Source of the DNA: an uncultured Bacteroidaceae bacterium
GTDB taxonomy: Bacteria; Bacteroidota; Bacteroidia; Bacteroidales; P3
Length of the DNA stretch: 64,000 nucleotides
Direction: 5' to 3'
Assembly: GCA_964483145.1 (NCBI GenBank)
Contig: CAZAAK010000001.1
Location: 2,575-66,574 of the forward strand
The translations under genes and the position numbers were made by a program. Under the pieces are notes generated by a model that saw only the letters and a program-made list of their open reading frames with translations, did not search any database and was not told the origin of the DNA. Shown one piece after another: positions 47,201 to 56,548 of the stretch. Each line of letters begins with the position of its first letter. Within the stretch, counting starts at the first letter, position 1.

Positions 47201-49698
47201 AACCCAATGAAATAACCACTGTTCTAAAAGGCTCTTCGGCACAAATTTGCGACCCCCTAAGCGAGGTGGAGCAACTGCTGACCGATAGCCGCCACACGGG
47301 CGACTTGGTGCAGAGCCTTTTCTTTGCCATCCCCACCAAGCGCAATACGGGTTGCCGCTATGTGCTGGAGCTCTACCGGCGTGGAGTGCGCAATTTTGTG
47401 GTTCCTGCCGAGGGAGTGCCCGAGGAGTGCCTGCAACAGTTCCAGCTGTGCACTACTGCCAATTTCTGGCGAGTGAAGGATGTGGTGCTTGCCTTGCAGC
47501 AGGTGGCGTCGGTGCGCCGTCATCGGCTGGACATTCCGGTGGTGGGCATCACCGGCTCCAATGGTAAGACCATTGTCAAGGAATGGATAGTGCAGATGTA
47601 TGGGGAGAGCCGCCGAATAGTTGCCTCGCCCCGTAGTTACAACTCGCAGATAGGCGTGCCCCTTTCCGTATGGCGAATGGCCCCAGGGCATGAACTGGCT
47701 GTTTTTGAGGCGGGCATCTCCAGAGTGGGGGAGATGGAGCGGCTGCGCGAGGTCATCGACCCCACTATCGGCATCTTTACCAACATAGGCCAGGCGCACG
47801 ACGAGAATTTCCTCACCCGCTCGCAAAAGATTGCCGAAAAGTTGCAACTTTTCGTACATTGCAAAGTGTTGATATACTGCGCGGACCATAAAGATATCCA
47901 TTCGGCGGTGGCCTCGCAGGAGGCTTTCCGGCACATCCGCCGCTTTACATGGGGGTTGGGGGCGGAGAACGACTTGCAGCTGACGGGCACCGAGGTGCGA
48001 GGCGGCGGCACCGTGCTGAAAGTCCGATACCAACAGCAGCAGCACGAGTTTGCCATCCCCTTTGCCGACCGGGCTTCGGCCGAAAACGCCATGCACAGCA
48101 TAGCCCTTGGGTTGTATTTGGGCTATGGGGCGGAGTATATAGCCGCCCGGTGCGCCAGCCTGACCCCCGTGGCGATGCGTTTGGAGATGAAGGAAGCCCT
48201 TAACGACAGCCTGCTGGTCAACGACAGCTACAGCCTCGACCTCAACTCGCTCACCATAGCCCTGGATTATGTGCAAAACGAGCACCAGCACAAAGGCAAA
48301 ACGCTTATCATGAGCGATATGCTGCAGACTGGCATTTCCGATGCCGACCTCTACGGACAGGTGGCAGAGCTGGTTCTGCAGCATGGCATCACCCGTTTTG
48401 TGGGCATCGGCAGTGCCCTGCAACGCCATGCGGCCTTGTTTTCGGCTGTGGATGCGCGGTTCTACCCAAGTACGGAGGAGTTTGTCCGCCAGTTCGACTC
48501 GGGCGACTTCTGCCACCAGACCATCCTGCTGAAGGGGGCGCGGGTGTTTCATTTCGAGGAGATTGCGCGGCTGTTGCAGCGCCGTAGCCACCAGACGGTG
48601 ATGGAGGTCAACCTAAGCAACTTGGTCTCCAACCTCAACTACTACCGTTCGCTTATCCGACCTACCACCAAGCTGATGGCCATGGTGAAGGCTTCGGGTT
48701 ACGGCACCGGCAAGGTGGAGGTGGCTGGGGCGCTGCAGTTCAACCAGGTCGACTACCTGACGGTGGCCTATTCCGATGAGGGGGTGGACCTTCGCCGCAA
48801 CGGCATCACCTTGCCGATAATGGTCATGAACCCCGAAGAGGAGAGTTTTGGTGATATCATCCGCTACCGGTTGGAGCCCGACATCTACTCGTTTCGCATA
48901 CTGGAGGCATTCTCCGAAGCGGTGCGTCTGATAGGCGAAGAGGGGCAGAGGGTGCCGGTGCATGTGGAGTTTGACACCGGCATGCACCGCCTAGGCTTTT
49001 CGGACAGCGATATTCCGGCATTGGCTGAGCGCCTTGGGGGGTCGGAGAGCACGTTGCAGGTGCGTTCGATTTTCTCCCATTTTGCCTGTGCCGATGACCC
49101 TGCCGAGGACGACTTTACCCGCCGGCAGATAGCGCGCTTCGACTCGTGGAGTGCCGCGCTCAAGTCGGCTTTGGGCGAAGGGACTGTACTGCGGCATCTG
49201 CTCAACTCCTCTGGCATAGCCCGCTTCCCCGAAGCCCAGTTCGACATGGTGCGGCTTGGCATTGGCCTCTATGGCATAGCGCCCGAGCCCGAGGTGCAAC
49301 GTCACTTGCGACCTGTCAGCCGGCTGAAGACAAGGATTTCGCAGATTAAGGAAATTGCCGAAGGCGATACGGTGGGCTACAACCGCCGTTGGACAGCGCA
49401 GCGTCCCTCGCGCATAGCCATCATTTCGATAGGCTATGCCGATGGGCTCAACCGACACCTAGGTTATGGCAACGGGCGTGTGGTGGTAGGAGGCCAGCAG
49501 GTGCCCATCATAGGCAGCATCTGCATGGATATGTGTTTCTTGGACGTTACGGGGGTGCCTTGTGCCGAGGGGGACGAGGTTGTTATTTTTGGCGACTCCG
49601 ACCTACTTCAGCAGATTTCGCGGGCGGCAGGTACCATACCTTACGAGATTCTTACTTCCGTTTCGCCCCGTGTGAAACGCGTCTACTATCAGGAGTAG
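47197..49698 (+). CDS. bifunctional MurF-like ligase / alanine racemase fusion
   Basis: N-half: Mur ligase P-loop GITGSNGKT. C-half: Alr PLP-lysine motif AMVKASGYGTG and GYADG. 833 aa in a single frame. Confidence 0.88.
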   Translation: MKPNEITTVLKGSSAQICDPLSEVEQLLTDSRHTGDLVQSLFFAIPTKRNTGCRYVLELYRRGVRNFVVPAEGVPEECLQQFQLCTTANFWRVKDVVLALQQVASVRRHRLDIPVVGITGSNGKTIVKEWIVQMYGESRRIVASPRSYNSQIGVPLSVWRMAPGHELAVFEAGISRVGEMERLREVIDPTIGIFTNIGQAHDENFLTRSQKIAEKLQLFVHCKVLIYCADHKDIHSAVASQEAFRHIRRFTWGLGAENDLQLTGTEVRGGGTVLKVRYQQQQHEFAIPFADRASAENAMHSIALGLYLGYGAEYIAARCASLTPVAMRLEMKEALNDSLLVNDSYSLDLNSLTIALDYVQNEHQHKGKTLIMSDMLQTGISDADLYGQVAELVLQHGITRFVGIGSALQRHAALFSAVDARFYPSTEEFVRQFDSGDFCHQTILLKGARVFHFEEIARLLQRRSHQTVMEVNLSNLVSNLNYYRSLIRPTTKLMAMVKASGYGTGKVEVAGALQFNQVDYLTVAYSDEGVDLRRNGITLPIMVMNPEEESFGDIIRYRLEPDIYSFRILEAFSEAVRLIGEEGQRVPVHVEFDTGMHRLGFSDSDIPALAERLGGSESTLQVRSIFSHFACADDPAEDDFTRRQIARFDSWSAALKSALGEGTVLRHLLNSSGIARFPEAQFDMVRLGIGLYGIAPEPEVQRHLRPVSRLKTRISQIKEIAEGDTVGYNRRWTAQRPSRIAIISIGYADGLNRHLGYGNGRVVVGGQQVPIIGSICMDMCFLDVTGVPCAEGDEVVIFGDSDLLQQISRAAGTIPYEILTSVSPRVKRVYYQE

Positions 49699-49825
49699 CC
49701 CAGATTTGCGATACCGTGAGGTTGCCCCCATGCTTGGCACTTACTACATTTGTTACGTGAACTTAAGGTCGGACAAGAGTTCCTTACAGAATAGTATAAA
49801 GTATGCGTGGATTGGAAAAAAAGTG

Positions 49826-49833
49826 TATCTTTG
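49826..49833 (+). promoter_or_regulatory. -7 box TATCTTTG
   Basis: About 60-70 nt upstream of the 49892/49904 starts. Confidence 0.45.
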
Positions 49834-49891
49834 CAACTTGGAACTGCCGAGTGACTAGGTCGGGTAAAAGAGTTAAACTCACTTAGTTGTG

Positions 49892-50524
49892 ATGAATGAA
49901 ATTATGAACGTAAAACGTGGATTTTTGTTTTTGGCACTTATGGTGTTTGGATGGGCAGGTTGTGATGGCGCAATGGCGCAAGGTCGTATTTTTGAAGCAT
50001 ATTTTGGTTATGCCCAAATGACAAGCAACTCGGGGGTTTCGCTGTTCTCCGATATACAATCTGCACAAACCATTCCCACCGTTGGACTTTCGTTGGGGTG
50101 GCCTGTTTCGGACCATGCAACATTGGGGGTGTCGTACCGCCACGATTTTTGCAGTTTCGGAAGGCAGACATTTAGTGAAGAGTACGCTTTGAACAGACTG
50201 TGCTGCGAGATGGTTGGGCGCAAGAACATTGGGCAGGATATAACATGCATGTATGGATTTTCGCTGGGTCCGCTGATGGCATGTAACACAGTGAATATTG
50301 GAGAGTTGACAGATTCGTACCGCAGGTATGGCATAGTAGGGGGACCCAAGTTGGGCGTGGGCTACAACGTAGGTAACACACGTTTTGGGTTGACATATGA
50401 GTGTTTTGCAGGAGCTTTTCTGTCGAAAGTGTACGAGGCTCCACAGGGTGTGGCGCTCCCTGTTGCGGGAGGACGTAGCTATTGGGGGCATTCGTTGATG
50501 CTTACGATTTTGACAAACTTCTGA
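49892..50524 (+). CDS. hypothetical outer-membrane beta-barrel-like protein
   Basis: Signal peptide/lipobox-like ..FLALMVFGWAGC, alternating pattern, C-terminal ..LTILTNF. Lower GC than flanking DNA. Start uncertain (49892 or 49904). Confidence 0.5.
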   Translation: MNEIMNVKRGFLFLALMVFGWAGCDGAMAQGRIFEAYFGYAQMTSNSGVSLFSDIQSAQTIPTVGLSLGWPVSDHATLGVSYRHDFCSFGRQTFSEEYALNRLCCEMVGRKNIGQDITCMYGFSLGPLMACNTVNIGELTDSYRRYGIVGGPKLGVGYNVGNTRFGLTYECFAGAFLSKVYEAPQGVALPVAGGRSYWGHSLMLTILTNF

Positions 50525-50855
50525 AATAGGGCTACAGTTTTTTTTACTTCACATGTAAGTGCCGTGCAGGTTGTGCCAGAGAGAATTAAGGGATATTGAG
50601 ATATAGGCTAAGATAGCTTTGGGCGCGGGGCACGTGCCCTCGGTGGGTTGAAAAACAATTGCGTAGGTGCCAGACACTTTTATGGAGGTGTTTGGCATTT
50701 GCCGTGTCCGGTAGGGGTGGAGCTTTTTTTGGGGGGGGGGAGCCCTTGGGCAAGTTTTGAGAGTGGGAGTTGCGCGAGCCCAAGCGCAGGGGGCATGGGG
50801 TAGGATTTATGGGGGCGGAGACAGGCATCAGTTTTAACGAATATATTTTTGCAGC

Positions 50856-51548
50856 ATGAAAAACAGTTTTTTTAACCGGCGGATGAAGATGGCAGATGTC
50901 ATTGCCGCCAACTACAACCTCATTTTGGTGATGCCCCGCTTGGGCATTCCGCTAGGCTTTGGAGAGCATAGCGTGCAGGAGATTTGCGAGCACTACGGGA
51001 TGCCGGTGGACTTTGTTCTGCTTGTTTTTAATATATACACTTTCGATGACTATACCCCCGATGGTAAGGACCTGGACCGGAGTTCGCTGGAGCATCTGGT
51101 GCCCTATTTAGAGACTTCCCACAAGTACTACATCAACGAGCGCCTGCCCCATATCGAGCGGCACCTGACGCGCGTAGCCCAGCATGCGGGCGAACGCTAT
51201 GGCGCCATCCTAGAGGATTTCTTCAGCGACTACAAGAAAGAGGTACTGGAGCATTTTGCTTCGGAGGAGCGGGACGTCTTCCCGTATCTGCACAGTCTTT
51301 TGGAGGGCAGTAACGGTGCGCACCCAGTTTCGGAGCATTTTGTCGACCGCCACACCGACCTGGTGGACAAACTCACCGACCTGACGCAGATTGTGTATAA
51401 ATACCTACCAGGAGAGACTATGACAGAGGAGCTTAACGAGCTGGTTTTTGGCGTGTTGCAACTTTCCTCGGATTTGCAGAAGCATGCCAAGTTGGAGGAG
51501 AAAGTGCTCATGCCCTACATGATGCAACTGGAAAGGAGCTTGCAATGA
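50856..51548 (+). CDS. hemerythrin/RIC-like di-iron domain protein
   Basis: ScdA-N-like start (ADVIAANYNLILVMPRLGIPLGFGE) and H..EE..FP-type motifs (EHFASEERDVFPYLH; KHAKLEEKVLMPY). Confidence 0.6.
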   Translation: MKNSFFNRRMKMADVIAANYNLILVMPRLGIPLGFGEHSVQEICEHYGMPVDFVLLVFNIYTFDDYTPDGKDLDRSSLEHLVPYLETSHKYYINERLPHIERHLTRVAQHAGERYGAILEDFFSDYKKEVLEHFASEERDVFPYLHSLLEGSNGAHPVSEHFVDRHTDLVDKLTDLTQIVYKYLPGETMTEELNELVFGVLQLSSDLQKHAKLEEKVLMPYMMQLERSLQ

Positions 51549-52120
51549 AACCCAAGACCAATGTGCTCATTGCCGAGCCTTCCGACATTATTCGGGAGGG
51601 GCTTATGGCGCTTTTGGACGACGAAGAGTTTGCCTTTCTAGCCCCTTTGCGCGACCTGCCCATTGACTTGCCGCAGCGCTTGCCGCGCCTGCAGCCCGAC
51701 ATCCTTGTGCTGAACCCCAACCTGTTGCAGTCGCCTGCCAAGATGAACCTTGCCGCCATCATGCAGGCGCGACCTCAGATGGCTGTGGTGGCGTTGGTTT
51801 ACCAATATGTGGAACCGGCGCTGATGCAGTCGTTGCGGACGGTGATAGACATCCGCGAGCAGGGGAGCCATATACCCCAAATTTTGCGCGAATGTTGCCA
51901 GGGTGCGGAAGAGTGCGCTGAGGAGAGCTACGACTTGAGCGAACGGGAATCGGAAGTGCTAGTGCTTGTGGCCCAGGGTAGCAGTAGCAAGGAGATTGCC
52001 GACAAGCTGAACATCTCCATCCACACCGTCAACACCCATCGCAAGAACATTACCCACAAGACCGGCATCAAGTCCGTGGCTGGTCTGGCGGTCTACGCCA
52101 TGTTGCACAACTTGGTGTAG
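51545..52120 (+). CDS. LuxR/FixJ-type DNA-binding regulator with atypical receiver domain
   Basis: C-terminal LSERESEVLVLVAQGSSSKEIADKLNISIHTVNTHRKNI HTH. The N-domain aligns by eye to a receiver domain but with AE for DD and N at the phospho-Asp position. Confidence 0.8.
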   Translation: MKPKTNVLIAEPSDIIREGLMALLDDEEFAFLAPLRDLPIDLPQRLPRLQPDILVLNPNLLQSPAKMNLAAIMQARPQMAVVALVYQYVEPALMQSLRTVIDIREQGSHIPQILRECCQGAEECAEESYDLSERESEVLVLVAQGSSSKEIADKLNISIHTVNTHRKNITHKTGIKSVAGLAVYAMLHNLV

Positions 52121-52213
52121 CTTGGAGCGTTTTTTTGGGTGGCTCTTTGTCCACGGAATGAAGTGCGTATGGTTTGTCCTTTGTTAGAAGGGACACTTAA
52201 AGTGATTTTACCT

Positions 52214-53389
52214 ATGACTGAGAAACTTTGGAATGCCGACTATACCAAGATCTGGATTGCCAACTTCATGATCTTCTTTTCCTTTATGCTGCTCACGCCG
52301 TTGTTGCCGATTTACCTTAGCGAGCAGTTTGCTGCCAACAAGGACACGATAGGGTTTGTGCTGTTCGGCTATTCGGTGATGGCCTTGGTGGCTCGCCTAT
52401 TCAGCGGGTATATAGTGGACAGCTTCCCTCGTAAGATGGTGTTGCTGGTGGGGTTTACCTTCTTTACCCTTTTTTTTGCGGGGTATGTGGCAGCCGGCAC
52501 GCTGATGCTCTTTGCCATTGTTAGGACTCTCCACGGGGTGCCTTTTGGGGTTACCACCGTGGCCAACAGCACTGTGGCGATTGATGTGCTGCCCTCGAGC
52601 CGGCGCACGGAGGGGGTGGGACTTTACGGGCTGAGCAACAATCTGGCATCGGCTGTCAGCCCCTCGGTGGCCATTTGGATTTATTCGAGCACGCACAATT
52701 TCGACATTATCTTTTGGCTTGCGATGGGAGTTGCCACGCTGGGCCTTTTGATCGATAGCACCGTGCGGACCCGTCCGCGGGAGAGGGTAGAGGGCAAGCA
52801 ACCTGTTTCGTTCGACCGGTTTTTCCTCACCAAAGGCTGGAGCGAAGCACTTACGATAGTTTGCTTTGCTTTTTCCTACGGCATTATGTCGACCTATGTG
52901 GCCATTTATGGCAAGGAGCGGCTAGGCATCGAAGGCGGGGCGGGGCTTTTTTTCGCTCTTATCTCGGTGGGGCTTATTCTCTCGCGTTTGCAGGGAAACA
53001 GAGCCCTTCGTGAGGGCAAGATAACCCACAATGCCTCATTGGGGGTTTGCGTTTCGCTGGTGGGGTATTTGGTTTTTGCAGCTGTGCCCAACAGGGTTGG
53101 CTATTATGCTGCCGCCTTGATAATAGGTTTGGGAAATGGCCACATGTACCCTGCCTATCAGAACATGTTCATTAACCTAGCCCCCCATAGCCAGAGGGGC
53201 ACGGCCAGTAGCTCGATTTTGGTGTCGTGGGACGTTGGCTTGGGCTTGGGCATTCTGGTGGGAGGAGTGTTGTCGGAAGGCTGTGGCTATGCGGCGGCCT
53301 TTTGGGCTGCATGGGGCGTCAACCTGCTTGGCTTTCTTGGCTTTTGGCTGTATGTGAGAAACCACTATCGGCGCGCGAGGTTGCGCTAG
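52214..53389 (+). CDS. MFS transporter
   Basis: 12-TM-like hydrophobic pattern with a D/R..GRR-like loop (VDSFPRKM). Start taken at the ATG at 52214. Confidence 0.8.
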   Translation: MTEKLWNADYTKIWIANFMIFFSFMLLTPLLPIYLSEQFAANKDTIGFVLFGYSVMALVARLFSGYIVDSFPRKMVLLVGFTFFTLFFAGYVAAGTLMLFAIVRTLHGVPFGVTTVANSTVAIDVLPSSRRTEGVGLYGLSNNLASAVSPSVAIWIYSSTHNFDIIFWLAMGVATLGLLIDSTVRTRPRERVEGKQPVSFDRFFLTKGWSEALTIVCFAFSYGIMSTYVAIYGKERLGIEGGAGLFFALISVGLILSRLQGNRALREGKITHNASLGVCVSLVGYLVFAAVPNRVGYYAAALIIGLGNGHMYPAYQNMFINLAPHSQRGTASSSILVSWDVGLGLGILVGGVLSEGCGYAAAFWAAWGVNLLGFLGFWLYVRNHYRRARLR

Positions 53390-53516
53390 GCAGTCCGCCT
53401 GCGGAGGGGTGATTGGAAGGTTTTGTCCGCGGGGGATGCTGTGCTTGCGTGTGTTTGTGTGTGGGGGGCGCTAGGTTGGCTGGGCCAAAAAAAAATGGCG
53501 TTTTGTTTTTTTTTTG

Positions 53517-53524
53517 TACTTTTG
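53517..53524 (+). promoter_or_regulatory. -7 box TACTTTTG
   Basis: About 47 nt upstream of the 53571 start. Confidence 0.45.
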
Positions 53525-53570
53525 CAAGACGCTAAATATATACTGAAACCATAAATATTCAAGCAATATT

Positions 53571-53903
53571 ATGAGTGTTAATGCTTTAGGTGTTATAGCC
53601 GCAGTTGTGCTGTTGGCTTCGTTTGTCCTACGGGGCGAGAAGAAAATCCGTTTGGTCAATTTGGTTGGTTGCGTGTTCCTTGTGCTTTGGGCCGCTCAGT
53701 CCAAGCCGGCCAATCTGATACTTATTTTTATGGGTGTGGCCATCATCCTTGTCCACCTCATTCATTTTTGGCACATGATGAAGGAGGCCAAGACCGAGCG
53801 TGCCCTTGCCAAGGCTCAGGACCAGGTTGCCAAAGCCCAGGCCAAGGCCGCCGAGGCCGAAGCCCGAATTGCCGAAATCCAGACGGGAGGCGAGAAACAA
53901 TGA
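53571..53903 (+). CDS. small membrane protein (3 TM) with K/A/E-rich tail
   Basis: Hydrophobic helices followed by a charged helical C-terminus, with a promoter box upstream. No family recognised. Confidence 0.45.
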   Translation: MSVNALGVIAAVVLLASFVLRGEKKIRLVNLVGCVFLVLWAAQSKPANLILIFMGVAIILVHLIHFWHMMKEAKTERALAKAQDQVAKAQAKAAEAEARIAEIQTGGEKQ

Positions 53904-53982
53904 TTTGGTCTGCCGCCCTGTGCCCCTAAGGAGGGTCTTTGGCGCGGATTTTAAAGAAAAACAACTAACACAACCAACAGCT

Positions 53983-55482
53983 ATGCTTAGAAAGATTCGC
54001 ACAATACTGGCTTGCCTCTTTTTTGCGGCCATCACCTTGATGTTCCTAGATTTCACTGGTACGCTTCATACCTATTTGGGTTGGCTGGCAAAGATACAGT
54101 TTTTGCCGGCAGTACTTGCTATGAATGTGGCAGTGGTGCTGGCATTGGTGGTCCTAACGCTACTATTTGGGCGGGTTTACTGCTCGGTAGTGTGCCCGCT
54201 GGGCGTGATGCAGGACTGCTTCAGCCGGCTAGGCGGCAAGGTAAAGAAGAATAGGTTTGGCTATGCCAAAAACCATTGGGTGCTTCGTGTGGTAGTGCTG
54301 GTAGTGTTTGTGGTGCTGATGGTATTGGGGCTCAACGGCATTGCCATTTTGATTGCCCCGTACAGCGCCTACGGGCGTATTGCTACTAATTTGTTGCAGC
54401 CGGTGTACATGTGGGTCAATAACCTTTGTGCCTATTTTGCCGAGCGTGCCGGTAGCTATGCCTTCTACAGCGCCGAGGTTTGGGTGAAGAGTGGGGTGTT
54501 GCTGATTGTTTCTGCGGTGACGTTGGTGGTGATAGGTTTTGTTTCGTTCCGCTGGGGGCGGCTTTGGTGCAACACCGTCTGCCCTGTGGGCACGGTACTG
54601 GGTTTTCTGTCGAAATTCTCGTTTTTCAAGCCCCGCATCAATCAAGACAAGTGCATCGGTTGTAAAAAATGCGAGAAGGGTTGCAAGGCAATGTGCATTG
54701 ATGTGTCGAACCATCGGGTGGACTATTCGCGTTGCGTGGCTTGCATGGACTGCATCGATGCCTGCCCGGTAAAGGCCATCCGCCTTGAGGCGGGTAGGTC
54801 CGTGGCCAAGTTTGCCGCCGGCGGGTCCGTCCCCCACGCTGATGATAATGGGGCGGCGACGGTTGACACTAGCCGGCGTAAGTTTGTAGTGACCACTGCT
54901 GCTGTGGGTGCAGGCATGTTGCTTAGGGCGCAGGAGAGCAAAGTGGATGGGGGCTTGGCAGTTTTGGAGGACAAGCAAGTGCCCGTGCGGCAGGTGCCGC
55001 TAAAACCCTTCGGCTCCGTTGATGCCAAGCATTTTGCCGGTCGTTGCACGGCCTGTCAGCTTTGTGTTTCGGCTTGCCCGGAGCATGTCCTGTGCCCTTC
55101 GGGGAAGCTTGGCACGCTGATGCAGCCCCAGATGCAGTTTGACCGCGGATTCTGCCGCCCCGACTGCACCCGTTGCAGCGAGGTGTGTCCCACTGGGGCA
55201 ATACGCAAGATAGATGCCTCCCAAAAGAGTGCCATCAGTATCGGCCATGCTGTTGCAGTGCCCCGCAACTGCTTGCTGGCGCAAGGAGAGAGTTGTAACG
55301 CTTGTTCGCGGCATTGCCCTACCGCTGCCATAGGCATGGTCAGCGACCCCAGCACAGGGCATAGCCGCATTGTTGTTGACGAGAGCCGTTGCATTGGATG
55401 TGGTGCCTGCGAGCACTATTGCCCCGTGCGCCCCTTCTCGGCTATCTACGTAGAGGGTCGCCAAAGACATACAGAAGTGTAG
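53983..55482 (+). CDS. membrane-anchored polyferredoxin (NapH-like N-half + NapG-like C-half)
   Basis: CSVVCPLG and CNTVCPVG motifs between TM helices, then six CxxCxxCxxxCP clusters. Start taken at the ATG at 53983 (MLRKIRTILACLFF). Confidence 0.8.
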   Translation: MLRKIRTILACLFFAAITLMFLDFTGTLHTYLGWLAKIQFLPAVLAMNVAVVLALVVLTLLFGRVYCSVVCPLGVMQDCFSRLGGKVKKNRFGYAKNHWVLRVVVLVVFVVLMVLGLNGIAILIAPYSAYGRIATNLLQPVYMWVNNLCAYFAERAGSYAFYSAEVWVKSGVLLIVSAVTLVVIGFVSFRWGRLWCNTVCPVGTVLGFLSKFSFFKPRINQDKCIGCKKCEKGCKAMCIDVSNHRVDYSRCVACMDCIDACPVKAIRLEAGRSVAKFAAGGSVPHADDNGAATVDTSRRKFVVTTAAVGAGMLLRAQESKVDGGLAVLEDKQVPVRQVPLKPFGSVDAKHFAGRCTACQLCVSACPEHVLCPSGKLGTLMQPQMQFDRGFCRPDCTRCSEVCPTGAIRKIDASQKSAISIGHAVAVPRNCLLAQGESCNACSRHCPTAAIGMVSDPSTGHSRIVVDESRCIGCGACEHYCPVRPFSAIYVEGRQRHTEV

Positions 55483-55556
55483 AACTTACAGATGTCCGGG
55501 GCGTGTGGGTAGGTAGCCTGCCCGAGGAATTCCAGAACAACGAATAATATTGGAAA

Positions 55557-56519
55557 ATGAGCAAAATTATTGACACATTAGGTGTGGTGAAAACTGGCAA
55601 GTTTTGGAGAGAACTTGTCATCATGACATTAGGCATGGCCGTGGCGGCTGCGGCTGTATACTATTTTTTGGTACCTAGCAAGCTTATCATCGGCACAATT
55701 TCAGGTCTTTCGATTGTACTGAACAGTCTTTTTGAGCTAGCGGGCATCCACATAGGCCTATCGGCCATTATCATGGCCATCAACGCCATCTTGCTGATAT
55801 TGGCGTGGGTGCTGGTTGGGCACGAGTTTGGGGCCAAGACGGTCTACACTGCCATGATTTTGGGGCCGCTCACTGATTTTTGGGATGCCGTCCTGCCGTG
55901 GCAGACCTTTGCGCACGACAACCCCATCACTGGGTCGCCTTCGGTGATGGGCGACCCTTGGCTTGACCTTTGCTGTTTTGTGCTTGTGTTGAGCGCTTCG
56001 CAGGCTTTGATGTTTAGTATCAATGCCTCTACCGGCGGGTTGGATATCTTGGCCAAGATTGTGAACAAGTACCTCCATTTCGAGATAGGCACTTCCGTTA
56101 GCATTGCCGGTGCTGTCATCTGCTGCACAGCTTTCTTTATCAACGACTTTCGTATGGTGGTCATTGGCCTTATCGGCACCTGGATTAACGGTTTGGTGGT
56201 GGACTACTTTACGGCTTCGCTCAACAACCGCAAGCGTGTTTGCATTGTTTCGAAGGAGTACGACCGGTTGCGGCACTACATTATAGAAGACATCAAGCGC
56301 GGTTGCACGCTTTATGAGGTGATAGGTGGCTACAGCAACGAAAAATCCATTGAATTGGAGACCCTCCTGACCAAAGACGAGTTCAGCAAGCTTATGGCAT
56401 ACATCAAGGACAATGACATCCAGGCCTTTATGACTGCAGGAAATGTTAGTGAGGTTTATGGTCTTTGGACCAAGCACAGCAAACGTAAAAAGATGCAGAA
56501 ACAGGCTGAAGAACGCTAA
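55557..56519 (+). CDS. YitT family (DUF2179) membrane protein
   Basis: Five TM helices, GGLDILAKI motif, C-terminal DUF2179-like domain. Confidence 0.8.
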   Translation: MSKIIDTLGVVKTGKFWRELVIMTLGMAVAAAAVYYFLVPSKLIIGTISGLSIVLNSLFELAGIHIGLSAIIMAINAILLILAWVLVGHEFGAKTVYTAMILGPLTDFWDAVLPWQTFAHDNPITGSPSVMGDPWLDLCCFVLVLSASQALMFSINASTGGLDILAKIVNKYLHFEIGTSVSIAGAVICCTAFFINDFRMVVIGLIGTWINGLVVDYFTASLNNRKRVCIVSKEYDRLRHYIIEDIKRGCTLYEVIGGYSNEKSIELETLLTKDEFSKLMAYIKDNDIQAFMTAGNVSEVYGLWTKHSKRKKMQKQAEER

Positions 56520-56548
56520 ATGGACTTACCCTCAAAATCAAAGAAACG

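Noticed and set aside
47257-48591. 444-aa minus-strand ORF
   Set aside because: It is antisense to the MurF-Alr fusion, has no recognisable motifs, and its composition fits a high-GC antisense artefact.
53800-53982. N-terminal extension of the polyferredoxin ORF (P/R/K-rich)
   Set aside because: It overlaps the 3' end of the upstream small membrane protein gene in another frame and is low complexity. MLRKIRTILACLFF at 53983 is a typical membrane-protein start.
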